64,000 nt of DNA from an uncultured Gemmatimonadota bacterium (GCA_964518305.1 CAZFDK010000005.1:8826-72825); one strand, 5' to 3'. Positions 1-9,055 are shown, counted from the stretch's first letter. A program made the numbers and translations. The notes: a model not told the origin generated them from the letters alone.

Positions 1-575
1 CGGGCTCCGCGGTGCGGTGGCTCCGGGACGAGCTGGGCGTTATCGAGGAGGCCGGCGAGACCGAGGAGCTGGCGGCCCGTGCTCGCGACGACGACGGCAC
101 GTACCTGGTCCCGGCTTTCACCGGTCTGGGGGCGCCCCACTGGGATGCCGACGCCCGTGGGGCCCTGGTCGGCCTCAGCCGTGACAGCGGTGCCGAGGAG
201 ATCGCCAGGGCGACCCTGGCGTCGGTGGCGTATCAGACCCGTGACCTGGTGGACGCCATGGTCGGCGAGGCGGCGATCACACCCGACCGGCTTCGCGTCG
301 ACGGCGGGCTGTCGCAAAACGGGTGGGCCATGGGCTTCCTGAGCGACATGCTGGACCTGCCCGTGGAGCGGCCGGCGGTGACCGAGACGACGGCTCTGGG
401 GGCCGCCTATCTGGCGGGCCTCGAGGTCGGCTTCTTCGGGGGCATGGACGAGCTGCGGGACCACTGGAGCCTGGACCGGCGGTGGGAGCCGGAGCTGGAT
501 GCCGGCCGGCGCCGGGAACTCCTCCAGGGATGGCGGAGGGCCGTCTCCCGCGTGCTCACCTCGGAGGGCGGCTGA
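1..575 (+). CDS. glpK: Glycerol kinase, C-terminal part (gene begins upstream of window)
   Basis: 187-aa frame open to the window edge; conserved GlpK C-terminal region (…LVPAFTGLGAPHWD…DGGLSQN…) is recognisable. Stop at 573-575. Confidence 0.8.
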   Translation, partial: GSAVRWLRDELGVIEEAGETEELAARARDDDGTYLVPAFTGLGAPHWDADARGALVGLSRDSGAEEIARATLASVAYQTRDLVDAMVGEAAITPDRLRVDGGLSQNGWAMGFLSDMLDLPVERPAVTETTALGAAYLAGLEVGFFGGMDELRDHWSLDRRWEPELDAGRRRELLQGWRRAVSRVLTSEGG

Positions 576-628
576 GCCGGCGGAGGTGGTCCGGTCGGGA
601 CCGGCCGGGTCCGCGAAGGCGCTCCGTC

Positions 629-2404
629 TCAGGCGACCCCGAGCGGGTACAGGACCCAGATCAGGACGATGGCCACCGTCCCCAGCACGAGCTGCATGGG
701 CAGACCGGCCCGCAGGAAGTCGGTGAATTTGTACCCTCCGGGACCGTAGACCATTAGGTTCGTCTGGTAGCTGAGCGGCGTGGAGAAGGAGAACGACGCG
801 GCGACGGTGGCAGCGATCACCAGGGGGCGCGGGTCCAGCCCCTGCGCGCCTGCCGCGGCCACCACCACGGGGAACGCCAGGGCGGCCGCGGCCTGGTTCA
901 CGATCATCTCGGTCAGCAGAGCCGTGCCCAGAAAGACGCCGATGAGGACGCCGAGCGGGCCGAAGGCGTCCCCCGCGGCCTCGAGCCCCTGTCCCAGGAA
1001 CGCCGCGGCCCCGCTGGACCGGAGCGCGGCCGCAAGGCCGATGGCGCCACCGACCAGGACCAGGACCGACCAGTCTACCGACCGCCGGGCCTCGCCCGCG
1101 CTCAGGCACCCCGTGACCAGCATGGCGACGCCGCCGCCCAGGGCCGCCATGGGCAGGTCGATGAGGCCGGTGGCGGCGACGACGATCACCGCCCCGAGAA
1201 TGCCGATGGCCGTGACCTTCTTCTCGCGCCTCAGGGCCTCGGACCCCTCCACGGCGGTCACGAGGTAGAAGTCCTGCGCGTCGCTGAACGCGCGGGAGAA
1301 ACCGGGGGCTGCTTCCAGAAGCAGCGTGTCCCCGGCCTTCAGGACCACCGCGTCCAGGGGCTCGTCCAGCTCCTCTCCGTGCCGGTGGATCGCGACCACC
1401 GCGGCGTTGTACCGGGGGCGAAAATCGGCCTCGGCCACGGTGGAGCCTACCAGCGGCGACCCGGGCGAGACGACGGCCTCGTGCAGCTTCTGGGGCCCCG
1501 TGCCCGTCCCGGGCGGTGAGTAGCGGGCCGTCCGAAGGTCGCGCCGTCGCCGCAGCTCGACGATCTGCTCCCGGACGCCGGCGAAGGCCAGCCGGTCGCC
1601 GGCGACCAGCTCGGTGTCCGGCTCCACCGGGGCGAAGGCTGCCACCTCCTCCCGCTCCAGGCGCACCAGGAAGAGGCCCGAGATGTCCTGGAGGCCGGAC
1701 TGCTCGACCGTCTGTCCGGCCAGGGAGGAGTCCGGGTGCAACTCCATCTCGGTGACGTATCGGCGCGGCTTCCGCTCCGGCAGCTTCGCCGAGGAGCGGC
1801 CGGGCAGGATCCTCGGGGCCACGAACACCAGATAGACGACGGCCAGGACGATGAGCGGCACCCCCACCCGGGCCAGCTCGAAGAAACCGATGCCCGCCAT
1901 GCCCCCGGCCTCGAGCAGGCCGTCCATGACCACGTTGGTGGACGTCCCGATCAGCGTGCACATGCCGCCGAGGACGGACGCATAGGAAAGAGGGATCAGC
2001 AGTTTCGAGGCGGGCACCCCCCTCCTGCGGCTCCACCCAAGGAGCGTCGGGATGCCCATGGCCACCAGGGCGGTGTTGGAGAGGAAGGCCGATCCCGCCG
2101 CCGTGGTCGTGGTGAGACGGAAGAGGACGGACCGGAGCGAGCCTCCGGCACCGAGCACCTTCGGCGCCAGGTCCTGGAGCACGCCGGTGGCGCGGAGGCC
2201 GGCCGCCACCACCAGCAGGCTCCCGATGGTGAGAACGGCCGGGTTCGAGAAGCCTTCCAGGACGGTCTCCAGCTCCGCCGCCCGCGTCATCACCAGGGTG
2301 AAGAGGGCCACCAGTACCACCAGGTCGAGGCTGGCCCATTCCCGGGCCGCGGCCACCAGGGTGAGGACGAGGACGGAAAGGGTTATGGCCGCGTCGAGGC
2401 TCAT
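629..2404 (-). CDS. DASS/SLC13-family (ArsB/NhaD superfamily) anion permease with central TrkA-C-like domains
   Basis: The true start is the M of 'MSLDAAITLSVLVLTL…' inside the 864-aa ORF (ATG 2404..2402). The protein is hydrophobic with 'LLIPLSYASVLGGMCTLIGTSTN' transporter motifs and two soluble TrkA-C-like inserts. Its ATG overlaps the upstream gene's TGA as ATGA. Confidence 0.75.
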   Translation of the reverse strand: MSLDAAITLSVLVLTLVAAAREWASLDLVVLVALFTLVMTRAAELETVLEGFSNPAVLTIGSLLVVAAGLRATGVLQDLAPKVLGAGGSLRSVLFRLTTTTAAGSAFLSNTALVAMGIPTLLGWSRRRGVPASKLLIPLSYASVLGGMCTLIGTSTNVVMDGLLEAGGMAGIGFFELARVGVPLIVLAVVYLVFVAPRILPGRSSAKLPERKPRRYVTEMELHPDSSLAGQTVEQSGLQDISGLFLVRLEREEVAAFAPVEPDTELVAGDRLAFAGVREQIVELRRRRDLRTARYSPPGTGTGPQKLHEAVVSPGSPLVGSTVAEADFRPRYNAAVVAIHRHGEELDEPLDAVVLKAGDTLLLEAAPGFSRAFSDAQDFYLVTAVEGSEALRREKKVTAIGILGAVIVVAATGLIDLPMAALGGGVAMLVTGCLSAGEARRSVDWSVLVLVGGAIGLAAALRSSGAAAFLGQGLEAAGDAFGPLGVLIGVFLGTALLTEMIVNQAAAALAFPVVVAAAGAQGLDPRPLVIAATVAASFSFSTPLSYQTNLMVYGPGGYKFTDFLRAGLPMQLVLGTVAIVLIWVLYPLGVA

Positions 2405-3252
2405 CCGGGTGCCTCCTGCCCGCCGGCGTCTCCATCGCTCGGCGCCGTGCCCGGGGCGCTTCCGGGTGGGAGCCGCTCCAGGAACCCGGAGGCCGCCGGA
2501 TGTCCGCCGCCTCCCCGGTCCTCGGCGATGGAGGCCACGTCCACCTCGCCGCGGCTCCGGAGAGACCACCGGCGATCGCCGGACGCCGTCTCCCGGTACG
2601 CCCCGGCGAAGGGGGCGTCCGGATGCTCCTCCAGCAGCCGGTCGCAGACGAGGGAGACGTTGGAAGTGGCGTTCACCACCGGCACCCGGTGGCCCGCCAG
2701 CTCGGCGAGACGGGCGTTGCCGGCGGTCTGGCCGGCCACCTTTTCGCGGTAGCGCTGGATCGCCTCGCCCTCCCGCCGCAGCCCGTCCACATCGAGCCGA
2801 TCCCACAGCTCGAACTCCATCGGGTAGCTGGAGAGCGCCGCGGTCACCGCCCGCGTGTCCTCCATCTCGAAACGGGCCAGGTCGCTGTCCTCCACGTGCC
2901 GGAGCAGGACCGGCACCTCGCGGTCCGGCTGGAAGACGCGCCAGCTGAGCACCGCCGCCGAGTGACTTCGGTCGAAGGTGACGAAGGGGAGGTCCGCCAT
3001 CTCGTCCTCCCAGGTGGAGTGGTGGTCCACCACCTGCACCTCGCTGTGTCGCTCCACCATCTTCATCAGCCGCTCGCGGGGCAGGCCGAGGTCCAGGATC
3101 AGGACGCGGCTCCCGGGGCGGAGGTCGTCGGGAAAGGGCTGTGCCGGATGATGGGGAACGTAGCGGCTTCCGTCGCCGAGCTGCTTCCAGGCGGACCAGG
3201 CGGCCCCGAAGCCGTCCAGGCACCCCCGGTGGTAGAAGACGTAGGTGCGCAT
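2401..3252 (-). CDS. DHH-superfamily phosphoesterase (COG2404-like)
   Basis: 283-aa ORF. N-terminal 'YHRGCLDGFGAAW' matches the DHH phosphohydrolase N-motif (H-x-x-C-x-DG-x-x-S/A-A). Stop TGA 2403..2401 overlaps the permease ATG. Confidence 0.6.
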   Translation of the reverse strand: MRTYVFYHRGCLDGFGAAWSAWKQLGDGSRYVPHHPAQPFPDDLRPGSRVLILDLGLPRERLMKMVERHSEVQVVDHHSTWEDEMADLPFVTFDRSHSAAVLSWRVFQPDREVPVLLRHVEDSDLARFEMEDTRAVTAALSSYPMEFELWDRLDVDGLRREGEAIQRYREKVAGQTAGNARLAELAGHRVPVVNATSNVSLVCDRLLEEHPDAPFAGAYRETASGDRRWSLRSRGEVDVASIAEDRGGGGHPAASGFLERLPPGSAPGTAPSDGDAGGQEAPG

Positions 3253-3277
3253 GGGGATCAGCGTCCGACCGCCATCT

Positions 3278-4391
3278 TCATTCTCCGTCCCCCAGGTGCT
3301 CCTGGCGGAGGTAGGCCTCGATGAACTCGTCCAGGTCGCCGTCCAGGACCCGGTGCGGATCGTGGCGGGTCAGCCCGGTGCGGTGGTCCTTCACGCGCTC
3401 CTGCGGGTCGAAGAAGTAGGAGCGGATCTGCTGGCCGAACTCGATCTCTCCCGCGCTCTGCTCCAGCTTCTCGCGTTCCCGCTCCTGCTCCTCGCGGGCC
3501 CGCTGGTAGAGCTCGGCGCGGAGCATCTGCCAGGCCTTGCGGCGGTTCTGATGCTGGCTGCGCTCCTGCTGGCAGCTCACCGTCACCCCGGTGGGCTCGT
3601 GCCGGAGACGGACGGCGGACTCCGTCCGGTTCACGTGCTGTCCGCCCGGTCCCGACGCCCGGTACGAGCCGAACTCGACGTCGGACTCGTCAATGTCGAT
3701 CTCGATGGACTCGTCGACGGCCGGGGCCACGAAGACGGCGGCGAAGGAAGTGTGTCGGCGGTCGTCGCCGCCGAAGGGCGAGATGCGGATCAGCCGGTGC
3801 ACGCCGTGCTCGGCCCGCAGGTATCCGTAGGCCCAGGGGCCCTGGATCTCGAAGGCGGCCCGCTGGATCCCCGCCTCCTGGCCCGGCCGGGCGTCCAGGA
3901 CCTCCACGTCGAAGCCCCGGTCTGCCGCCCAGGTGCGGTAGAGGTCGGCGAGCTCCGAGGCCCAGTCCATGGCGTCGGTGCCCCCGGCTCCCGGCTTGAC
4001 GCGCAGATACGCGTCCTCCCGGGCGTGCTCGCCCTGGAGCATCCTCCGGCGCTCGATCTCGTCCAGCCGGCGCGTGGCCTCCTCGAGTCGATCGAGCAGC
4101 TCGCCGGCCAGGTCGTCGTCCTCGCCTTCCACGAGGGCCAGGAACTCCTCGACCTCTCCCAGGCGCTCCTCGACGCCGGCGAACGACTCCGACCAGTCCT
4201 CCAGCTCGTCGATCCGCTTCTGCACCCGGCGGGCCCGATCCGGGTCGTCCCAGAAGTCCGGCCGCGCCGTCCGCTGGCGGAGCTGCCTCATCTCCTCCCG
4301 CTTCTCGCCCCAGTCAAAGATACCCCCGCAGCTCGTCGAGGCGGCGCTTCTGCTCGGCGAGTCGCTCCGTGAGGTCGGTGGCGTCGCTCAT
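3278..4391 (-). CDS. prfB: Peptide chain release factor 2, with programmed +1 ribosomal frameshift
   Basis: Main frame 3278..4291 contains the GGQ motif (SGPGGQHVNRTESAVRL) and the RF2 body. Upstream on the minus strand, ATG at 4391 encodes MSDATDLTERLAEQKRRLDELRGYL followed by in-frame TGA. Minus-strand sequence is AGC GGG GGU AUC UUU GAC = canonical RF2 shift site 'CUU UGA C' with an upstream GGGGG SD-like element (plus coords 4313..4327). The +1 shift continues LDWGEKREEMRQL… into the 337-aa ORF. Confidence 0.9.
4313..4327 (-). promoter_or_regulatory. prfB: prfB +1 programmed frameshift site (internal SD-like GGGGG + CUU UGA C)
   Basis: Reverse complement of 4311-4327 reads GGGGGTATCTTTGACTG, an exact match to the classical E. 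coli-type RF2 autoregulatory frameshift element. Confidence 0.85.
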
Positions 4392-4404
4392 GGTGGGTCG
4401 CCGT

Positions 4405-4764
4405 TCACTGTTCATCGAGAAGCTCGATGTGGTCGGGTCGGTTCGGAACGGTGCACAGGAACTGGAAGGGCTCGTCGCCCTCGGCGCGGTAGGAGTGGGC
4501 CACGCCGGCGGGGATGTACACCACGTCGCCGGCCTCCACGGTGACCTCGTCGTCGCCGATCGTCACCGTGGCTCGCCCCTGAAGTACGTACTGCTCGTGT
4601 TCCACTTCGTTCGTGTGCCGTGGCATTCCCCCACCGGGCTCCATGGTGAATCGGCGGAGCGCGAAGTTCGGGGCGTCCTCCGGACCGATGAGGACCTGCT
4701 TCACGGTTCCCTCTCCGGCCTGGACCCTCTCGCCCGGGACGTCGTCGGCTCGGGTGAGCTTCAT
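4405..4764 (-). CDS. Cupin-domain protein
   Basis: 119 aa. Cupin motifs G(X)5HXH…E-like 'MPRHTNEVEHEQYVLQG…' and 'VVYIPAGVAHSY'. ATG overlaps the stop of the upstream small ORF. Confidence 0.6.
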   Translation of the reverse strand: MKLTRADDVPGERVQAGEGTVKQVLIGPEDAPNFALRRFTMEPGGGMPRHTNEVEHEQYVLQGRATVTIGDDEVTVEAGDVVYIPAGVAHSYRAEGDEPFQFLCTVPNRPDHIELLDEQ

Positions 4765-5012
4765 CGGAGTCGGTCGTGCTCGTCCATCCGGTTCTCGTCC
4801 TCGAGGTCGATGGGCGGATCCACCCGTAGCCGCTTCCGGACCCGGGAGCGGGCGTCCCGGACGCGCTCGATCTCGTGCGACCGCCCCTCGAAGTAGATTT
4901 CCTCTCCCACTGGCACGTCCTCCTCGCTGGCCGGCACCTCGATCCAGCCGCCGGGCCGGAGTCGGGCGCGGGCCCGCGTGCCGTTCGGAAGGGTGATGAA
5001 GATTTCATCCAT
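4761..5012 (-). CDS. Hypothetical small protein (83 aa), translationally coupled to the cupin gene
   Basis: ORF with a stop/start overlap to the downstream cupin. No recognisable domain, and high GC makes spurious ORFs common. Confidence 0.35.
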   Translation of the reverse strand: MDEIFITLPNGTRARARLRPGGWIEVPASEEDVPVGEEIYFEGRSHEIERVRDARSRVRKRLRVDPPIDLEDENRMDEHDRLR

Positions 5013-5188
5013 GACGTCGTTCTCTCCCGATTGTCTCTATCGATGGGTGAGCGGTGGACCCGCCCCGGCGGCCCGGCCGCGCTCGACCCGGCGGCGCGCG
5101 CCTCGTAGCGACACGGATCCCGACAAGATACGCGGATCGGAGGTGCTCTTCAGCCCGTGGGTCGGAGCGCGGGCCACGACCGGGACGC

Positions 5189-7363
5189 TCAGCGCACGTC
5201 GCCGACCCGACGCGCCTCCCGCACGCCCCCGACCTCGCGCACGCGAGCGACGAGCTCGTCCAGGTGCCGCCGGCTCTCCACGTCCACGACCAGCTCGCCG
5301 CGGGCCCAGCCGTCGCCGGTCTCCACGTCGGCGGAGCGGATGTTGGTGCCCGACTGGCTCACGGAGCGGGCCACGTCGGCCAGGAGGCCCTGGCGGTCGG
5401 GGCCCTCGAAGCGCACCCGCGCCGGGTGCCGGCTCCCCTCCACCGAGGGCCACCGCACCGAGACCTCCCGCTCCTCCCGATCGTCCAGCGCCCGGTAGTT
5501 GGGGCACGAGCGGCGATGCACGGTGACGCCCTGTCCCCGGGTCACGTATCCCACGATCTCGTCGCCGGGGACGGGCTGACAGCAGCCGGCGTAGCTGACC
5601 ATGAGGTCGGCGACCCCCTCCAGCACCGCGTCCTGTCCGCGTTCGGGGCCGCCGCCCCCGCCAGACTCGGACCCCGACGGGGCGCTCCGTCCGTCCGGCG
5701 ACTGGTCGTCTTCGTCGGAGTCGCCGAACAGGCGCCGGGAGACCCGTCTCCGCGACACGTCGTTCCGGCCCAGGGCGGACACCAGGGAGGAGGCCTCGTG
5801 CCCGGCGCCCAGCTCCTCGGCCACTTCCGCCAGGCGGTCGTCGGCCGGGAGCGCCGCTCCCCGCTCGTCGGCCATCTCCTCGAGCACGCCGCGCCCGATC
5901 TCCAGGGCGTGGTCCTGCTCCTGCTCCCGCAGCCACTTCCGGATGTCGTGACGCGCCTTGCTGGTGACGGCGAACTCCAGCCAGTCCCGGCTCGGCGTCT
6001 GTCCCGAGTCGGTGACGATCTCCACCGCGTCGCCGCTCTCCAGCTCGTGGTCCAGGGGGCGCATCCGGCCGTCGATCTTCGCGCCCCGGGCCCGGAGCCC
6101 CACCTCGGTGTGGATGGCGAAGGCGAAGTCCAGGGCCGTGGAGCCGTCGCGGAGCTCCTGCACGTCGCCCTGCGGGGTGAAGACGAAGATCTCCTCCTCG
6201 AAGAGGTCGACCTTCAGGAACTCGAGAAACTCCTCGGGGTCCTCGGTGCCCTGCTGCCACTCCAGCACGCGCCGGAACCACGTGAGCTTCTCGTCCACCT
6301 CGCTGGCGCCCCGCTCTCCTTCCTTGTAGCGCCAGTGCGCGGCGATCCCGTACTCGGCGGTCTCGTGCATCTCCCGGGTGCGGATCTGCACCTCGTACCG
6401 ACGATCGCCGGGCCCGAAGACCACGGTGTGCAGGCTTCGGTAGAGGTTGGACTTGGGGCGCGCGATGTAGTCGTCGAACTGCTCCGTGATGGGCGACCAC
6501 TGGGAGTGCACGAGCCCCAGGGCGTGATAGCAGTCGTGGACCGACTCCACGATCACCCGCACCGCCAGGGCGTCGTAGATCTCCTCGAAGGGCACCTCGC
6601 GCCGCTCCATCTTCCGGTAGATCGACCACAGGTGTTTGGCGCGGCCGTTGATCTCGGCGTCGACGTCGGCCTCCTCCAGCTCCTCCTGCAGCGGATCCAC
6701 GAAGTCCGCGATGCGAGACTCCCGGGCGTCCCGGGTCGCCGCCACCTTTCGGGCGACTCGCTCCCACTGCTCGGGCTCCAGGTGGCGGAACGCCAGGTCC
6801 TCGAGCTCGGCCTTGACGCGGTGCATGCCCAGGCGGTGGGCCATGGGGGCGTAGAATCCACGGGTCTCACGCGCGATGCGCCGGCGCCGCTCCTCCTCCA
6901 GCGCGTCGAGCGTGCGCATGTTGTGCAGGCGGTCGGCCAGCTTGATCAGGAGGACCCGTGCGTCCTCGGCCGTCGACAGGATCAGCTTCCGGTAGGTCTC
7001 GATCTGACGGTCGGCCCCGGCCGGCAGCTCGAAGTGGCGGATCTTGGTGAGGCCGTCCACGAGGACCGCGACCTCGGTCCCGAACTCGGACGCGATCTCC
7101 TCCAGGTCGGCGTCGGTGTCCTCCACTGTGTCGTGGAGGAGCGCGGCGGCCAGGCTGGCCGTGTCGGCGTAGAAGTCGGCCAGGATGGCGGCCACCGCCA
7201 GCGGGTGCTCCACGTACGGGGCGCCGGAGGCCCGGCTCTGCCCCGCGTGCGCCCGGCGAGCGTACTCCCACGCTCGGGCCAGGAGCCCCGCGTCGAGGGG
7301 CGCCGGGGCCTCGTCCACGATGGACTGCAGGCGGTCGGGCAGGGTCTCCGCGGCTCGAGTCAT
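5189..7363 (-). CDS. rel: Bifunctional (p)ppGpp synthetase/hydrolase (RelA/SpoT homologue)
   Basis: 724 aa with an HD hydrolase domain (…HPLAVAAILADFYADTASLAAALLHDTVEDTD…), a synthetase domain (…RPKSNLYRSLHTVV…), TGS and C-terminal ACT regions. Confidence 0.92.
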   Translation of the reverse strand: MTRAAETLPDRLQSIVDEAPAPLDAGLLARAWEYARRAHAGQSRASGAPYVEHPLAVAAILADFYADTASLAAALLHDTVEDTDADLEEIASEFGTEVAVLVDGLTKIRHFELPAGADRQIETYRKLILSTAEDARVLLIKLADRLHNMRTLDALEEERRRRIARETRGFYAPMAHRLGMHRVKAELEDLAFRHLEPEQWERVARKVAATRDARESRIADFVDPLQEELEEADVDAEINGRAKHLWSIYRKMERREVPFEEIYDALAVRVIVESVHDCYHALGLVHSQWSPITEQFDDYIARPKSNLYRSLHTVVFGPGDRRYEVQIRTREMHETAEYGIAAHWRYKEGERGASEVDEKLTWFRRVLEWQQGTEDPEEFLEFLKVDLFEEEIFVFTPQGDVQELRDGSTALDFAFAIHTEVGLRARGAKIDGRMRPLDHELESGDAVEIVTDSGQTPSRDWLEFAVTSKARHDIRKWLREQEQDHALEIGRGVLEEMADERGAALPADDRLAEVAEELGAGHEASSLVSALGRNDVSRRRVSRRLFGDSDEDDQSPDGRSAPSGSESGGGGGPERGQDAVLEGVADLMVSYAGCCQPVPGDEIVGYVTRGQGVTVHRRSCPNYRALDDREEREVSVRWPSVEGSRHPARVRFEGPDRQGLLADVARSVSQSGTNIRSADVETGDGWARGELVVDVESRRHLDELVARVREVGGVREARRVGDVR

Positions 7364-7500
7364 ACTCGCACGTACCCGCGGATACGGCGAACCGATCCGG
7401 CTCCCGATGTCGCGGGGCGTCGGCTGCCGGTTGCCCCGCCGCGACGGCGCGGAGTAGCTTGCCGCTCCCGTCCGACTCGGGATCAGCGAGAGGAGCTGCC

Positions 7501-7752
7501 ATGGCGGAAGAGAAGATCGGAAGCGTCACGCACTACTTCGACAGGCCCCAGGTCGGGGCCATCGAGCTCACGGGGGACCTGGAGGTGGGCGACCGGGTCG
7601 CCTTCCGGGGTCACACCACGGAGTTCGAGCAGGAGATTGATTCCATGGAGCTGGAGCACGAGTCCGTGGAGACGGCGGTGGCCGGCGAGGAGATCGCCGT
7701 GAAGGTGGACCAGCGGGTCCGGGAGGGCGACGAGGTCTACCGGCTGGATTGA
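7501..7752 (+). CDS. Small conserved hypothetical protein (beta-barrel, EF-Tu domain-2-like)
   Basis: ORF 7459..7752. Likely start is ATG 7501 (MAEEKIGS…) preceded by the SD 'GAGAGGAG'. Divergent from rel. Confidence 0.5.
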   Translation: MAEEKIGSVTHYFDRPQVGAIELTGDLEVGDRVAFRGHTTEFEQEIDSMELEHESVETAVAGEEIAVKVDQRVREGDEVYRLD

Positions 7753-7807
7753 CCGGGCCGCGCGGCCGCTGTACCGCGCCAGGGAAGAGAGAGCCGCGCA
7801 CGGAACA

Positions 7808-7850
7808 TGATATAGATGACATGCTATATCGATAACAGACGATATAGCGG
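7808..7850. promoter_or_regulatory. AT-rich island with inverted repeats (ATATAG…CTATAT; GATATAG) upstream of the arsR-family gene; putative operator/promoter
   Basis: Sequence 'tgatatagatgacatgctatatcgataacagacgatatagcg' is ~35% GC in a ~70% GC background and contains ATATAG/CTATAT inverted copies. Confidence 0.45.
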
Positions 7851-7859
7851 CACCTCGTA

Positions 7860-8219
7860 ATGGCACCTCCACGTGGAGCACAGATGGGCGAGCCAGGCGG
7901 ACAGAAGGCAGGAGCGGCCGCCGTCGTCGGGAGCGCCGGCGACGCCGACCCGGAGCAGCTGACCCGGCGGCTGAAGGCCCTCGCTCACCCGGTCCGGCTC
8001 CGGATGGTGGAGATGATCCGCGAGCGGGGCGAGGTCTGTGCCTGCGAGTTCGAGGGGCACTTCGACCTCACCCAGCCCACGCTCTCCCATCACCTGAAGG
8101 CACTCCGGGAGGCCGGCCTGGTGACCAGCCGCCGGGAGGGCGTCCGGTCGCTGCACCGGATCGAGCCCGAGGCCTTCCGGACGCTGGCACGGTGGAGCGA
8201 AGACGTCGCCGCGAGATGA
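7860..8219 (+). CDS. ArsR/SmtB-family metalloregulatory transcriptional repressor
   Basis: 119 aa. Winged HTH with 'LKALAHPVRLRMVEMIRERGEVCACEFEGHFDLTQPTLSHHLKALREAGLV', including the CxC metal-sensing site typical of ArsR. Confidence 0.85.
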   Translation: MAPPRGAQMGEPGGQKAGAAAVVGSAGDADPEQLTRRLKALAHPVRLRMVEMIRERGEVCACEFEGHFDLTQPTLSHHLKALREAGLVTSRREGVRSLHRIEPEAFRTLARWSEDVAAR

Positions 8220-8228
8220 GGCCCTCCG

Positions 8229-8278
8229 TGCGGCGTCGATTTTCGGTGCGAAGCCAGCGCATCCGACGCGTTTTTTTT
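8229..8278 (+). terminator. Putative intrinsic terminator after arsR (GCGTCG…CGACGC stem followed by T8)
   Basis: 'gcgtcgattttcggtgcgaagccagcgcatccgacgc' followed by 'gtttttttt'. Inverted repeat GCGTCG/CGACGC immediately 5' of a T-run; the loop is long, so moderate confidence only. Confidence 0.4.
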
Positions 8279-8353
8279 ACTGCAATTTATCGATAGAAAT
8301 CTATATAACCGCCCGCCGGGCGCTTCGGCGGGCCCGAACCGAGGAGGCTGACG

Positions 8354-8599
8354 ATGCCGACCATCGAAATCCTGGGGCGCGAGAACTGCCCGAACTGCGC
8401 GAAGGTCGAAGAGATGGCCCGCGCCCTGGACGGTGAGCTCGAGGAGGAGCTCTCCGTCGAGAAGGTCGAGAACTTCGAGGAGATCGCCCGGCGCGGCGTG
8501 ATGAGCATGCCCGGGATCGTCGTCGACGGCGAGGTGAAGTCCTCGGGCCGCGTCCCGAACCGGGACGAGCTCCGGGCGTGGATCCGGGGCAGGGAGTGA
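8354..8599 (+). CDS. Thioredoxin-fold small redox-active disulfide protein (Thioredoxin_3 / 'redox-active disulfide protein 2'-like)
   Basis: 81 aa. 'EILGRENCPNCAKVEEMARA…' CxxC motif, a size and architecture typical of the small Trx-like proteins paired with COG0701 permeases downstream of ArsR. Confidence 0.75.
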   Translation: MPTIEILGRENCPNCAKVEEMARALDGELEEELSVEKVENFEEIARRGVMSMPGIVVDGEVKSSGRVPNRDELRAWIRGRE

Positions 8600-8680
8600 G
8601 CCGCCAGGTGGGAGGCCATCGCCGACGCGCTCGTCGGGGGCCTGCTCGGCCTGTCCACCACCGCAGGGTGGGGCGGGGCC

Positions 8681-9055
8681 GTGCACTTCTTCGTCTACGA
8701 CCTTCTGGAGATCGGCTTCCTGCTGGTGCTCGTGACCCACGTCATGGGCCTGGTGAACGCCTTCCTCCAGGCCGGGATCCACGGCTTCGTGCCCACCGGG
8801 TTCTTCCAGAGTCACATCGGTGGGAACAACCCCCTGGCCGTGCCCGTCTCGGTGATCCTGGCCGTACCGATGTACGCCAACGCCGCCGGCGTCATCCCCG
8901 TGTTGGAGGCGCTGGTGGCCAGAGGGATTCCGCTGGGGACGGCCCTGGCCTTCATGATGGCCGTGGTGGGACTCTCCCTGCCGGAGGCGATGATGCTCCG
9001 GAAGGCCATGAAGCCGCGGCTGCTGGGCGTGTTCTTCGGCAGCGAATCACGCTGA
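8681..9055 (+). pseudogene. C-terminal half of a COG0701/DUF318-type permease (N-terminally truncated; possible remnant)
   Basis: 124-aa frame (GTG start in the ORF track) with permease-like TM sequence '…GIPLGTALAFMMAVVGLSLPEAMMLRKAMKPRLLGVFFG'. Permease-like hydrophobic sequence is already present in the same frame directly after the Trx-like gene's TGA (8600..8680: SARWEAIADALVGGLLGLSTTAGWGG…) with no canonical start. Full-length family members are ~300-350 aa, so the N-half is missing. Confidence 0.45.

Noticed and set aside
629-3223. Single 864-aa minus-strand ORF
   Set aside because: It is actually the DHH phosphoesterase (2401..3252) in another frame plus the permease. The permease starts at the internal ATG 2404 (ATGA overlap); the 270 upstream codons are a Pro/Arg/Gly-rich out-of-frame read through the DHH gene.
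3245-4372. 375-aa + strand ORF
   Set aside because: Antisense to prfB.
5054-7702. 882-aa ORF on the + strand (and a 576-aa minus ORF 5037..6767)
   Set aside because: Entirely antisense to, or out-of-frame with, the well-supported rel/spoT gene. Low-complexity Pro/Arg/Gly-rich translation typical of GC-rich non-coding frames.
8597-8599. Possible selenocysteine/readthrough TGA fusing the Trx-like gene to the permease fragment
   Set aside because: The TGA is not in a redox motif and no SECIS-like hairpin is evident. Kept only as a low-probability alternative in the findings.
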